From the NCBI GenBank assembly GCA_000934665.2, contig KZ537996.1, forward strand, positions 62,001 to 126,000: a DNA stretch of 64,000 nt, written 5' to 3'. Made by a program: the position numbers and the translations under genes. The DNA comes from Catajapyx aquilonaris. Lineage: Eukaryota. How positions within the stretch are numbered: the stretch's first letter is position 1; every line of letters starts with the position of its first letter. A model generated the notes under the pieces. It did not search any database. It had not been told where the DNA came from and worked only from the letters and a program-made list of their open reading frames with translations. Shown piece by piece: positions 13,028 to 25,019 of this stretch.

Positions 13028-13212
13028 TCAGTGGGACAATGCAACTGACAAATTATAAGCTTGTGGCGTCAGTATACTGTAAAATACAATAATACTACAG
13101 TAGACTATATGTATACGAATGTGATCATTGACTTGGGAGTTGGGATAACAAATAAGGTGTTCCTCAGCAATGCAATTATCTGCGCACCTCTGGCTCATTT
13201 GCTTTGAGGCTT

Positions 13213-13456
13213 TGAGCACCAGGAGTACGCCTGATTTGTGGCGTAGTGCACCACACTGCACCCCACATGGTTGTATGACCCTGCATAATTATGTAATGTG
13301 GATGCACCACATTTTAATGATTACGATTAATGATTATTTAAATTCTACTCTGATACCTTGAAAAATGTACAATATTATGACCGCTTAAGCAGTTTGGGCC
13401 TCTACTTGTGTTAAACTTTTCCGCCATGGCAATAGAGGGAAAAATGCATTTACGGA
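13213..13456 (+). repeat. Third, direct copy of the fold-back arm sequence
   Basis: TGAGCACCAGGAGTACGCCTGATTTGTGG...CCACACTGCAC...TATGTAATGTGGAT...GCATTTACGGAT aligns by eye with ~12584-12845. Confidence 0.75.
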
Positions 13457-13699
13457 TGATTCTCAGAATAACCCGTCATTATATCTGTGTGTATCCTAAA
13501 CGGGCTATTATGGATCGTTATGGAGCCTAAATAGCCAAAATCAACTCTAAGATAATTTCCCCTTGAAATATCTGAAGGAACCTATAGTGTCCAAGAGCAA
13601 GTGCCCATATTGGCACCATGCTGTATATTATGTAATAATTACACTACTGATATGCAGCGTTTCAATTGATAGACTATGTCCATAGTGATTAGCGATTTA

Positions 13700-13950
13700 T
13701 TCGCCTAAGCTGCTTATTTTAAACAATATCTTTGGAATGGAGATTAGCTAAAATATTAGTTGGTAATGTGATTTCATCTGGAAGCGTGTACTTTTTAACG
13801 CCTGCTACAGGGTTGAATCGTTAGTTAGTGGAATCATTGATAGCTTCCGATTATTTCAGTGGGCCATTTCCAGCAATTCATTGCAATTCAGTGCGTGAAT
13901 GGATCATTGAATTCGTCCTAATATTGGCATGTAATACTTTTGACAACTTC
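13700..13950. mobile_element. Family B fragment (boundaries approximate)
   Basis: CTAAGCTGCTTATTTT, CTTTTTAACGCCTGC and TTCAGTGCGTGAAT are shared with the other copies. Confidence 0.45.
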
Positions 13951-14068
13951 TGAGAGAAATTGTTCCAAAGTAAGTGCTTACCAATAATAAGCAGCTTGAA
14001 GTGAAAAGTATCTAAACACTATTGGAACTTATTAAAACAAGCGGTATACGTGGGTATACAATTATTAA

Positions 14069-14216
14069 GGGCCAGTTGCACCGGCCTCAGTATAACTTAG
14101 AACCTCGGGTATAACAAGAATTGCCATAGCAATCATTGTTGGTCAACAATGATTGCTATGGCAATTCTCGTTATACCCGAGGTTCTAAGTTATACTGAGG
14201 CCGGTGCAACTGGCCC
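14069..14216. mobile_element. 148-bp near-perfect palindromic PIF/Harbinger-type MITE
   Basis: Two 73-bp arms with one mismatch and a 2-nt spacer (GT). Termini GGGCCAGTTGCACC. TAA target-site duplication at 14066-14068 and 14217-14219. Confidence 0.9.
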
Positions 14217-17200
14217 TAAGAGTGAATGAGTAATAAACTTAACAATAACACTGAAACCGTGTCTTGGTAAATATTTCTACAAAATTTCATTTTATATCTT
14301 CTTTAGACATGATACACTCCCAGAAAATTAAACCAAATACACATTTGTATGTCTTCAGGTCATTTCCTGTATAATATTAAGTTAATATAGTTACTGTACT
14401 TTATTAAAAGATTTAAAACTAGTCAAGAAAAGGAAGGCATTGGACAATAAGATGCGATTAAACGACGTTCATAAAACGTAAATAAACAAGCTTATTTGAG
14501 ATTGTGTGGCCACGTGGAGATTGTGACACTATGAGAGTTTCAGATTTTCGAATGAAACCGTTGCCACATGGCCATGGCTCAAAAAGAATATTCATTTAGA
14601 CGAAGTAAACAGGCATGGATATACGAATAAGCACAGGTACAAATGTGCATAAAAGACAGGTGTCTCAGATACTCTTGGGAGTGAGCACCCCTATATCAAA
14701 CCATGAATTCCAAGTCACTATTGCGTATTTTTCTCACGCCTTCGACCCTCCATCCCATATCACTACATGTCACCAGTCCGGTAAGAGCTGCGCAGGACTC
14801 CATTTTGGAATATCTTTTGGTTCTCCCACCACTCAAAATGTAGATAAAATTTGGTACACTTCACTGGTAGATTAGACTTGTCCCGATTTTTAGCATATTT
14901 GTTCTTGGACCTATACTCGTAACATTTGAGTGAACCTCCTTTACGAATCTTTTTATACTAACAGCAAACATTAGTGAGCAGGTTATCGCAAGTATAAACC
15001 AGCTTCCTGGCAATTTTAAACGTTGTTGCAGGAAATGGCTGCAATATCTTGGCATGAGGTTATCCAGTTGCTTAATGCAGCCCTCCTTTCTAGGTAAGGC
15101 AGGCTGACAGAACGATTAGTTTATATGGTAATAATTTAACCCCTGTATGTGCACTGCACGGCATGTAAAATTATTACATGCAATACATGGTCATTAGCAA
15201 TATTGGGTACCTGCTACATGTCTCTACGAATGTGATCGCGTATTTTATCTGTCTCAATTTTCGCATTTCAGATAACAATGACTTTGAACTATGCCTGAAA
15301 CATACCCATCCTGTGTTTATACAATGGCAAGATGAGTACATGGCTGATTACACTATCAAGGTTCAAATGGTGATCTCAGTTCACGCGTAATTACTGCATA
15401 ACAGGGTCATAACGACAGATTAATCGAGACTGCAGATGATATACAAATGCGGAACTTAATAGCTCACACAATATTAGCATTTCTATAGAAAAAGTGACGC
15501 TTTTCTTCGGAGATAAAAAATTCAGGCTGGAATTTAGTGAAGACCACCCGGGGTCATAACTATTTTCTGCTCATAAGGTTGCGCCGCCTTTCATCAGGCC
15601 CTTTCTAAAATACAGGTGATTTCATACGCAACCTATTTTATTAATGATCTGGGCAAGCAGCCTTGCTTCAGTATCCAAAAATAATAAGACACACTGGAGA
15701 ATATTCATCAAAAAAGTGGCGGCCCAAGTCAAACGTACCCAAAAGGGTGTCTAGACCGTTCAGAAACTCCAAATACAGGGTGTCCCAAATAGAATATCAT
15801 ACAAATTGTGGAATTTTCTACCACCATTTGTACCATTGCAAAATCTATATTAGCTCACCTATGCAAAAAAATTCACACAAATCGAAATCATGGCTTCTGA
15901 ACCTACTTTCCATCCCTGATTGCATGACAGCCTACATAGTTAACGAGCATTCTAAGATCACTAAAGGTGATGCACTGGGCGTCACCTGCGCATAAAAGCC
16001 GCAACCAATCTCTCCGATCAGCAATATTGACAGTTTCAATCATTACAGCAAATTGAATATTCCCCCGTAAATGAGTGTTTGGTGGGATTGTCAACCGAGA
16101 TAAGGTCAGGAAACTGGCCCATAAAACCTGTATCGTGCGCATTTACAACTTAAATCCTCGGCATGGACAAACTTTATTTTGTGGCGGCCCCCATATCTTC
16201 AACAAAACATCTGCTTACTACCAACACACTGCTCCGGTGCAGATACCCCACGTTGTTAATCACATCACCACCATATTTTCACCCCCCTACCTTTTAAAAA
16301 AATATATGAAGCTCCAAATATCTCTAAATAATCCCTCACACCTATACGGATGGCTGCGTTCCCATTGAGAGTTATATAAAACGGGGACTGCCCCGGAAGT
16401 ATGTGGAACACCCCTCTTCCCGGGGGCCATAAATCGCAGTCGCATTTCAGTTCTTAACAGCCAAGTTTTTAGGGGGGGGTGCACACCACTTCCAATTCCA
16501 TACTTTGGATGAGTGAGTGTTTGTAATGGACCAATCAGAAAGTATATTTCTGCATACGCCAACAAAAATTCTCTTCAAACTCTTCCTTCACATTCCTTCG
16601 GGTTAATTTGCGAGGGATCCCTTTTCTGCAGATTGGTTTTCCTACTCTATTCTTCTGGCTGCTACCGACCTGATTCACTGCGCTCCTAGAAAGCGAATTT
16701 TTCGCTCAATTCTGGCTCTCATTGCTCAGGACAAAGACAACATTGAAGATGGCGCCAGACAATTTTTTTTGTGTTCAGAAGGCACAAGCTTCATGAATTT
16801 TTTTCATCATCTCAAATTCTTCCAGATGATGTAGCTTAATTACTACGCAAGTTTGCAAACAGTTACTTAATGTCACCTCCAAAAAATTTCTGGCTGCCAT
16901 TTTTTTATTAGAAGAGAGGACCTTACTGGGAACTACAAAAGCGGGAATGCCCGACCACATTGCGCCCATGGTTGCGGCATTCTTTTAGTGGTCCCGGACA
17001 ATATTATGGTCATTGACGCCGCAATGTATCTTCCCCAAGATAAACGATCCTCAACCAGGCCCTGTCCGGACAGGCCTGAGATGAATGAACAAACTGAAGA
17101 AAAAGCAGCCTCCCGCTCTATGCAATCGTTGTTTAGTCAAATCGATACACCCCCCCCCCCCTCCTAAAAAAATACTAAAAAAAAAAAGAAGTTTCATTCC

Positions 17201-18386
17201 CGCGGCCACAGGCAGCAGCTTGCAGCATCCAATAGCACTTTTAGCGCTGGAACGGTGGAAGAAGAAGAAGAAAAACGACGGAAGAGAAGTTACCCTCCCT
17301 TTCCCCAACCGGAATAAAACATAATTAGCTTCATTTGTCAGGAGTCGTAATGCGGGAAGGAAAGAGGCTGGGGTGAACTGGTAAAGACTGTTTCAGTGGC
17401 ACATCAGTGGCACATCCATCAATTTATTTCACAGCGGGGAGGAATGGATTGGCTTCACCAAAAGAAACTCGTGCCACGCTCCTGGAGGGTGATGGAAATA
17501 AATAATATAAATAAGAAAGAAGCAGCCTTATGGTGACAAAAGGTGGTAAAAAATCCAAGTAAAGTCAGCAAAATTTTTTAAGGATGTTGGTCACTTCTTT
17601 TGCGAAATCGGCGATGAGCTCAAGGTGAAGAGATTAGTGGGAAGCTGGAAGACGGACTGCCTGTCTCATTTATCTTTCCCTCTGCCAATATCCCGAGAAT
17701 CCCAGGATTAAGGGGTTTAGAGGTTGTATAATTCATGGCCAGACTCAATATAGGAACGGGCCAAATTATGCACCGAAACGGTTCGAAGACAATGGGCGAT
17801 ACCCGGCATTAATAATTTTGTACTACTATATATTCCACTACATTTCGAGTCAATGGAAACTAGATTAGGGCTTGAGAAAAATCGGCAGCAATTTGATTCC
17901 ATTTAACAGGAATTAGAAGGCCGCAATCTGGTAGCCTTCACCTTGCTTGATTGGGGGAGGGGTTAGAGGCTACATCGATAAGATTGACGTTTACATGAGA
18001 AGGATTAAGAAAGAAGTGATCATTTGCATATGGAGCAGCTGCAAGAGCTTTCCAATTTGCAAATGAGTTTCCGGAGAAGACTGAGCAAAAACCCAGCTCT
18101 AAGACTTCATCCGCTTGATATCGCCATATTTGGTTCACTTTCTGGCGCAGCACAGGTGAAAATAATGGTTACTATTTTTCTAGAAGCTGCTGAGCAGCTC
18201 AGCATGAGTAAAAAAGTGGTTACACCAGCAAACCAGTGGTAATCCATCTTGAAAATGCGACGAGTGGAAAGAATCGTAATTACCAATTATTATGGATCGG
18301 ATTTTAATATAAAGTCTGTCATTATGATCGAGTTTGGCCTTACTCTAGAATTTTTTTTGTATAGTATAATGTGGACCGGATAAATG

Positions 18387-18400
18387 TCATTAGATGGCGC
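18387..18400 (+). promoter_or_regulatory. CTCF-like motif
   Basis: TCATTAGATGGCGC vs consensus CCACTAGATGGCGC. Confidence 0.35.
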
Positions 18401-20005
18401 GGGATATTTTGTCTTCATAAGCACTTGGAGCCAATTAAGCGCCACATGTTGCCAGGTTAATGAAGCTCACCTTTTTATTCCTGTCAACTTCGGGTGGAAT
18501 TTCAAAACAGGGCCAGCTTGATGCAACGCAAAGGCGTGTCGTTGAATAATTTATGTACGTTTCCTTTCCAGCATGCAGATTTACCGGCACTTGCTGTAGC
18601 TCAGTATTAATACCCAGTCTTATATAGTTCTCCTTATTTTTATATCCCACACCTTCCCAAAGAATTGCTGTGTTACAATATTTCCGTCTATCTCAAACGG
18701 CCATGATTGTTTGTCATTGGGTTATATCTCCCGAAAGGAGCACCTTTGAAAAAAGAGAAAAAAAATCTCTCCCTCTCAGCATCTTTATCCTTTTGTAAAA
18801 TTCGAACTTTTGAGAAACGAATCAACCATTGTTTGAACTTTTCTCCATCCCAGCAGGCTCTACGAATCCCCATTTCTCGCAGAGTTACGACCGGGTTTCC
18901 AAGAGAATGTGTCAAAGTGATGGATATACGGATTCCCTCTGCGATTTCGCTTTCTCTGGATTCGCAGAGACCTTATTTTGTAAAATCACGTGCAAAGGCC
19001 TGAGTCTCCAGCACTAGCGTATGTCATGCCTCCTACCCCCCTCTTCCAATATTTTACCCCCCCCCCCCTACTTCCTNCCACTTCCTCTCTCACCCTCCCC
19101 CCAAATTTTGGCCAATATTTTCTGTACCTTCAATTGGTCATTCGGCCCCCATAATAAATGTCTGATTGAATGTGACGCCTTACTGCTAACGATAATAACA
19201 AAGTTTTCATTTAATAAATGTCGATTGCGGCATTTTTTATGTCTTCACCAAGACATTTCGATAGAGTGCAAGCTCCGCAACTTCACTAGAATTTGCACTT
19301 CATCCCCGGAATTTCTTCCAGTCTCTTATACAGTGCAGGTAATAAAGTAATGCCGCGGCGGAAGACTACGGCAAGACTGCCAAGAGCCATTGTCATAAAA
19401 TGTTACGCTGCTGTCACACAAACGTGGGAGTTGTCACCGCATACATAAACCACCTTCAAACGATGTGAAATTCGCCTTACGGCATCTTTCCCATGTTTTT
19501 TTTCTTCTTTTTCTTCCACAAGGATACTCGAGTCTAGCCTTTCCCAATTATTCATCCAACGGCAACATTGTTCCCCCCCCCCTTTTTTTTTGCCAAGCCT
19601 GCAGGTGATGAAACGCTACTGAACTTCCAGAGAGGTGACAGCACATCTATACGGGGCCGCCTAGCCTGTTTCCTGCGCGAGCCTTAAGAAAACCTGAAAG
19701 TTCAATTTACCTGCGACATAGCCAGGGCATCACCTAAACCGATCTAATGGAATGGGCTTGTAACTAATCCAAAGGTGCGCCGCTTTATACCTAAGCCTCT
19801 TGTTTAATGAAGTCCAATGGCGATAGCACTTGTATTACGTGATAAAAGGACCGTTGAAATGCAGTCACGGACTTGGATTTTTACTGCCGTGGTTTCTGGG
19901 CCACCTTTTCTCATCATTACCATCATCATCATCATCAGGGACCGAGTAATTGCTAGGTGAACAACGAGCAAATGCGATTCAACAGGAACGAAATTATCCA
20001 CCTTC

Positions 20006-20072
<67 letters not shown>
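20006..20072. repeat. (AAT)n microsatellite, about 22 units
   Basis: Direct reading. Confidence 0.97.
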
Positions 20073-20170
20073 GTGCAAGAAATCGGCAAGTTGTCTCAAA
20101 CTGATAAAAAAAATTGTGCCATGAAGTTCAGGTCTGAATGGAGTCCATGCTGGCGCCACAAAGACATTAA

Positions 20171-20383
20171 GGTGAAGTGGGGTAAGTGCATACACGGGGT
20201 AAGTGCATAAACTGGCCGCCATATTGGAATGAAAATGGCTGACATGCTCACCTCTTGTGGGGATGTGATGTGCAGCTACACAAAAGAGTGCCTGACGTGT
20301 TTTGGTGTCGTCAGCCATTTTCATTCCAATATGGCGGCCCCGTGTATGCACTTACCCCGTGTATGCACTTACCCCACTTCACC
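20171..20383. mobile_element. 213-bp MITE with ~70-bp inverted arms and subterminal 17-bp tandem repeats
   Basis: GGTGAAGTGGGGTAAGTGCATACACGGGGTAAGTGCATA...GGCCGCCATATTGGAATGAAAATGGCTGAC is mirrored at the right end, with TAA on both flanks. Confidence 0.85.
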
Positions 20384-21869
20384 TAACATGAATTAAAACT
20401 AAAACTATTTAAAACAAATCCTGATGAATTCTCGTCCTTGTTACAAAGCAATTTCTCAACTATATATAAATTTTCGTTAAGAGCAAACCTATGTAATAAA
20501 TGTAAGATTAACATATTCATCGTCAAAAATTAGTATGCCCTGTAGTTGTTCGAGGACACTTGAATTATTTTGATGCACTGTGAGTCGGGTCACGCATTTT
20601 TATGTAGTAGCCACATAGTGTGAACATGGATAAATGAAGCCACGCCTCTTTGTTTGCTTCTGCGCCGACCGCGTGACAAACATCACTTGCTTCTAACTAA
20701 AGATTATTTTCGCTAACTGGCGTTAGCGGCACAATCCGTGATGCACCAGGTTTAAGGTTTATAAATTCTTCAAAAAAGTGATTAATAATATTTACGAACA
20801 ATCCCTTTATAAATGGCAATCCCAATATGATTGTACAAACCAAAATAAGCGGTAAAGTGATTTCGTCCGACGAAATCCAACTTTGTCGTGGATTAGCTGA
20901 ATTAATTTTACCGATCTGGTACGGCGGTGATTATCTTAACCGATGACTCACCCGAGGAACTTTAGGAGAAAACTATTACAATAAATTAAGCAGACCCCAT
21001 AGACTCTATGGCATTGAGTCAAGACACTTGTCACTCAAACAGGCATGTAACTATGTTACTCAAGGGAGAGGGGGAAAATCCCGGAATTACGGTGCGTTAC
21101 AACAAGGGGAGAGTTGAGTCGGGGTTACGTAATGAAGTTCGTGGGCTGACCATAGTTTATTATGACAAATCCTATGCATAAAAAATAATTCCAGTGATTT
21201 ACACACATTGCATGTACACAGGCATTAGTGAAGTTACAAATCAGTCCGCACAAAACCAACATTTAGATTTAAATGGCTTTTAATCACTGCCACAAAAACG
21301 CTGCGGAATTTATTTCAGCTACATGCATACTCGTACTACACTATATTGTTCTTGTTATATGGTAGTTAACTTTGTATTTTAATCTCTCCATGCTGGGTCA
21401 CGCTACGTAGGTAATTTATTTAAACCGGCAACTTAAAATGTCACAATATTAAAAAGAATAAGGAGTTTCGGCTGCAATATATAACGGGCTGTTCAATGAT
21501 ATACACTGATTTAGCACTAATGTCCTTTAATAAGTTAGATATGGCAAAAACAGGTGATTTTTGTTTATAAATTAATCAAAACCTCGGCCAAATAAGTTGC
21601 ATTAGACTAAATACGTCGTTGCGTATGAAAGAAAATATGCGCGTAATATTTCCTACGCATTTCATTCCCAAAATGTCATATGCATAAATAAGGATGAAAT
21701 AGATAACTTATTAGTTGGCGTTACTTAAAAGTGGCAGATTAGTTTTTCTACATTATCTAATGGCCGATATTAATCACGGGAAACAGGTAGTGAGCTTTAC
21801 CCAGGATGTTCCAATTGATATCGGTATGTCGTATAGTGATGGTGATTTTTTTTGGCACAAAGCCTGTAA

Positions 21870-22364
21870 TTTTCAGGTAGCTATTTTAGTGGTTATTATT
21901 ATAAGTTAGGCAACATTAGGTTGCGTGGTCCCATATGCTTTTTAACGCCTGCAAGGGGATCTAACCTGCAACAATGGATCCTGCCTTTCAGGTTCGATGC
22001 CAATTGTTCAAATCGGAAATTCTTTGTAGTTCAGAGCGTGGATGATTTAATTTAGCATAATATTAGCAGCTAAAAATTTTGCTTTCTACTGTAACTATAT
22101 GAAAAAGTAACTTAATGCCAACAAATCACTACGGACATTTCAATTTTTACACTTGTATAAACAAAATGTGGTGCACTTCCCTAGTCCAAAGTCCAACAAT
22201 GGAGGATGGGCAGAAGTCATGGGCTGCTTACCCCAACAATCTGTTCAAAGAGAAGCAACAATCACATCCACTGTACTGCTACTCTTGAAACTGGTTGGCG
22301 CAGTGAACAGTACATAACATCTTTCATAAAATCCTCACCCATGAACTATATATGCCACCCTGTA
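21870..22364. mobile_element. Family B fragment (boundaries approximate)
   Basis: Contains CTTTTTAACGCCTGC, GATGCCAATTGTTC, ATCGGAAATT and AGTTCAGAGCGTG. CACCCTG-TA terminus at 22356-22364. Confidence 0.45.
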
Positions 22365-25003
22365 TATTCTACATAGTGTCATAATTAAACATAAGGAACC
22401 TGAAATATTGTCGGATTTAATAATATTGATATTTTTCAGTGAATCATAAGAGCCATGAGCGAAATGTGTTGTTTACTTGCAAATCTACATAAATCAAACG
22501 CTAATTTACAATCGACTAAAAAGTCAGGCTGTATAAAGAAATAACTGGCTCACTATATCAATATTACGACAGCAAATTTGTCACGTAAAGTTTGCATACG
22601 CCCTTTATTATTTGATACTATCCAAAACACTGTTTATCTATTCATTAGATCGAGCTTTTATTTTTTTAAACAATACCTGCTTTTTTATTACGAAGATTTT
22701 GTCCAGTGTGAAAAAGGCCTGCTCGCTTTCCACGTTCATCTCGGTTTCATTGTTCTCATTGACATGGTAGGAGTGGCCTCACGGGTTTTGTAATTTTTTT
22801 TATTCCTTATCTCAAGCTACAAATTTACAATACATTATATTCTCCCTTGGTATGATTTATTACCGTGGCCAGCAGTTACTCATCCAGTTACTTCTAACTT
22901 CAAACAACGGGAGAAAATCACAATTACTTGTTTCATTTCAATCGAGATTTATTCTCTCATTGCACTACGATATGGTATCTGTACACATACGAACACCGCA
23001 ATATATTATAATGCTACACAATCACACAATGCAGAAAGAGACAGGAAAATATTTATTTGCCAGAAAATAATGCGCAATAAATTAACTCCACCGCAGGAAA
23101 CTTGGGCCTTTACTGTCATGTTCCTATCGAAAAATAGTGGTAAAAACAGCAACAATCATCCTATACGAGCAGTATTAGTATATTTCGGCCATCGAATAGT
23201 CAAGTTTAAATGGCGTACCCTGTCACACACACTTCCAAAATATATCCAGTACAAATAAAGCCATAAAAATTCCTTTAGCCACATATATGAAGTTCCTCAA
23301 AGGTATTTAACAACTATTAGATTGTTAAAAGTCAAAGAATTTTGGTCAGCTCTACATACCAGAATCTGTCGACCTGGAAAGCATGTCTCCAGCATCAAAG
23401 CGACTCATTTCCTGTCAGCCTCTGGAGACACGGCAACGAGTTTTCGTTCCAAACAGGGTGAGATAAAAAAAAGAAGTCCGCAACCAATCACATTGGGCCA
23501 TTGGCTGACTTCATTAAGATCAAGTCGGGTTTCCATTAAGGTTTTGATTCCACCCTGGCCCCTAAAGCCTCAAAGCAAACATCCTTGCCCCAACTTATAT
23601 CCAACTAAGATATCACTTTTTTGTTTTTTTTGTTTTATAACGTGAGGATGTGCGATAGTGTGTAAAATGCTACCCGGCAATAAATTCTCTCCGTACGGGT
23701 GGAGAAAAACATCTTTACGTATCGTAATGGCAAGTGCCGTTCCACTACACCAGTATTTATGCCTCATTTTGACAGCATGAAGAATAGGTTATCACAGGTT
23801 AAATTACACATGCTGCCAAGGGTATAGCTGATGCGTGATAATCAATCGGTGGTTATTATTCATGGTGAATGATCGCCCTCCTCCTGGACATCGGACAATA
23901 TAAAGATTTGAAAATGCTAGGAGATTGCACACTATGCACTCTGGCCATGCATCATCAGGCACTTGATATTCTAGGCTCAAAAATGGAACACCCAACTTCT
24001 AGTGACTTTGATAATTTATATTCCTATTTTACGGCGGGACGTTATATTAGATTTTAATGGCGATCCGGTGTTTCCTATTAGGCCGTGCATTGAGAAAGGG
24101 GTTTTAGCAAAGTTGGAAACGCGCATGCTTGTTAGAGAAAGGGGGGGGGGGGGGTAAAACCCCTGCTTAAACTCAATCTCCTCCCATCCTCGTCCCAACC
24201 ATCCGTCTTCCGGATTCATTATACCACCTAGGCTCAACTTAGATGTAGTATAGACCTAGATGTTACAAATTATAATGTAAGGGAATTAGTTACGACAGAC
24301 AAACGAGAAGCGGGCAAGACGAACCGAAACTCTGACACCGCATCCCATGCACACTCCCACTTTTTTATATATATTCATGCACCCGCGCAATAACTTTCTT
24401 TTATAACTTAATCCCTTCCTTGCCTTTCCAAACGGAGATTGCAGAGTCCGTTCCCACACGTGTGTGCTCCTCCAAACGGCCATCACTAATCTTAGCTGGG
24501 TCAATTAGGTACATGCAACTTGGACCCATTTTTATGTCTTTTCCTTCGAAGTCTTGCGTTTCTGTCTGCTCACTATTTCTTCTACAGTGCCCCCAAGTCC
24601 TGCCAATGATATAATTTCATGTCCCCAGATCTGATGTGAAATTAGACTTTTTTTTCTTCCTTCCCTTTTGCTGGAATCAAACGAAATGCACTTTTTCCAT
24701 CGTATGTCACCAGAAAATGCCAGCTCTTTCCCCCCTACCCGTGAGCGGTACTTTCTCAAACCAAAAATTACCAGTTTCTCTAGAACGACATTATCGTGGC
24801 TATCAAACTTTCCTACTGCCTAGTAAAATTTTCCAGTAAGTAGCCCTCGGCTGTAACAAAGATGATCGAATTTCGTTCAGTTCACCGAGCCCGCATGCTT
24901 GTTCGCCCTGGAATAGAATCAGAAAAAAAGAAGGAAATCCAACTTTTTCTAACTGAAACTTCCCAAAGATGGCTGTCGTCAGCGCCAGCCAGCCAGCCGC
25001 TCG

Positions 25004-25019
25004 CACTGCCATCTACACT
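25004..25019 (-). promoter_or_regulatory. CTCF-like insulator motif
   Basis: Minus-strand AGTGTAGATGGCAGTG shares GTAGATGGCAGTG with the 4760 site. Confidence 0.4.

Larger units (their letters stand above)
12240..13050. mobile_element. Degenerate fold-back element with ~280-300 bp inverted arms; right arm interrupted by a MITE
   Basis: The left arm (~12240-12521) is the reverse complement of the right arm (~12626-13050). Examples: TATTCAGACTGCCGAATACCTGTAGTCTGAACACGG vs CCGTGTTCAGACTGCAGGTATTCGGCAGTCTGAATA, and TGTGGTTTATCCACATTAC vs GTAATGTGGATAAACCACA. Confidence 0.8.

Noticed and set aside
19950..20351. Poly-Ile and poly-Tyr ORFs (and similar ORFs at 1148-1512 and 54135-54335)
   Set aside because: Translations of (AAT)n microsatellites.
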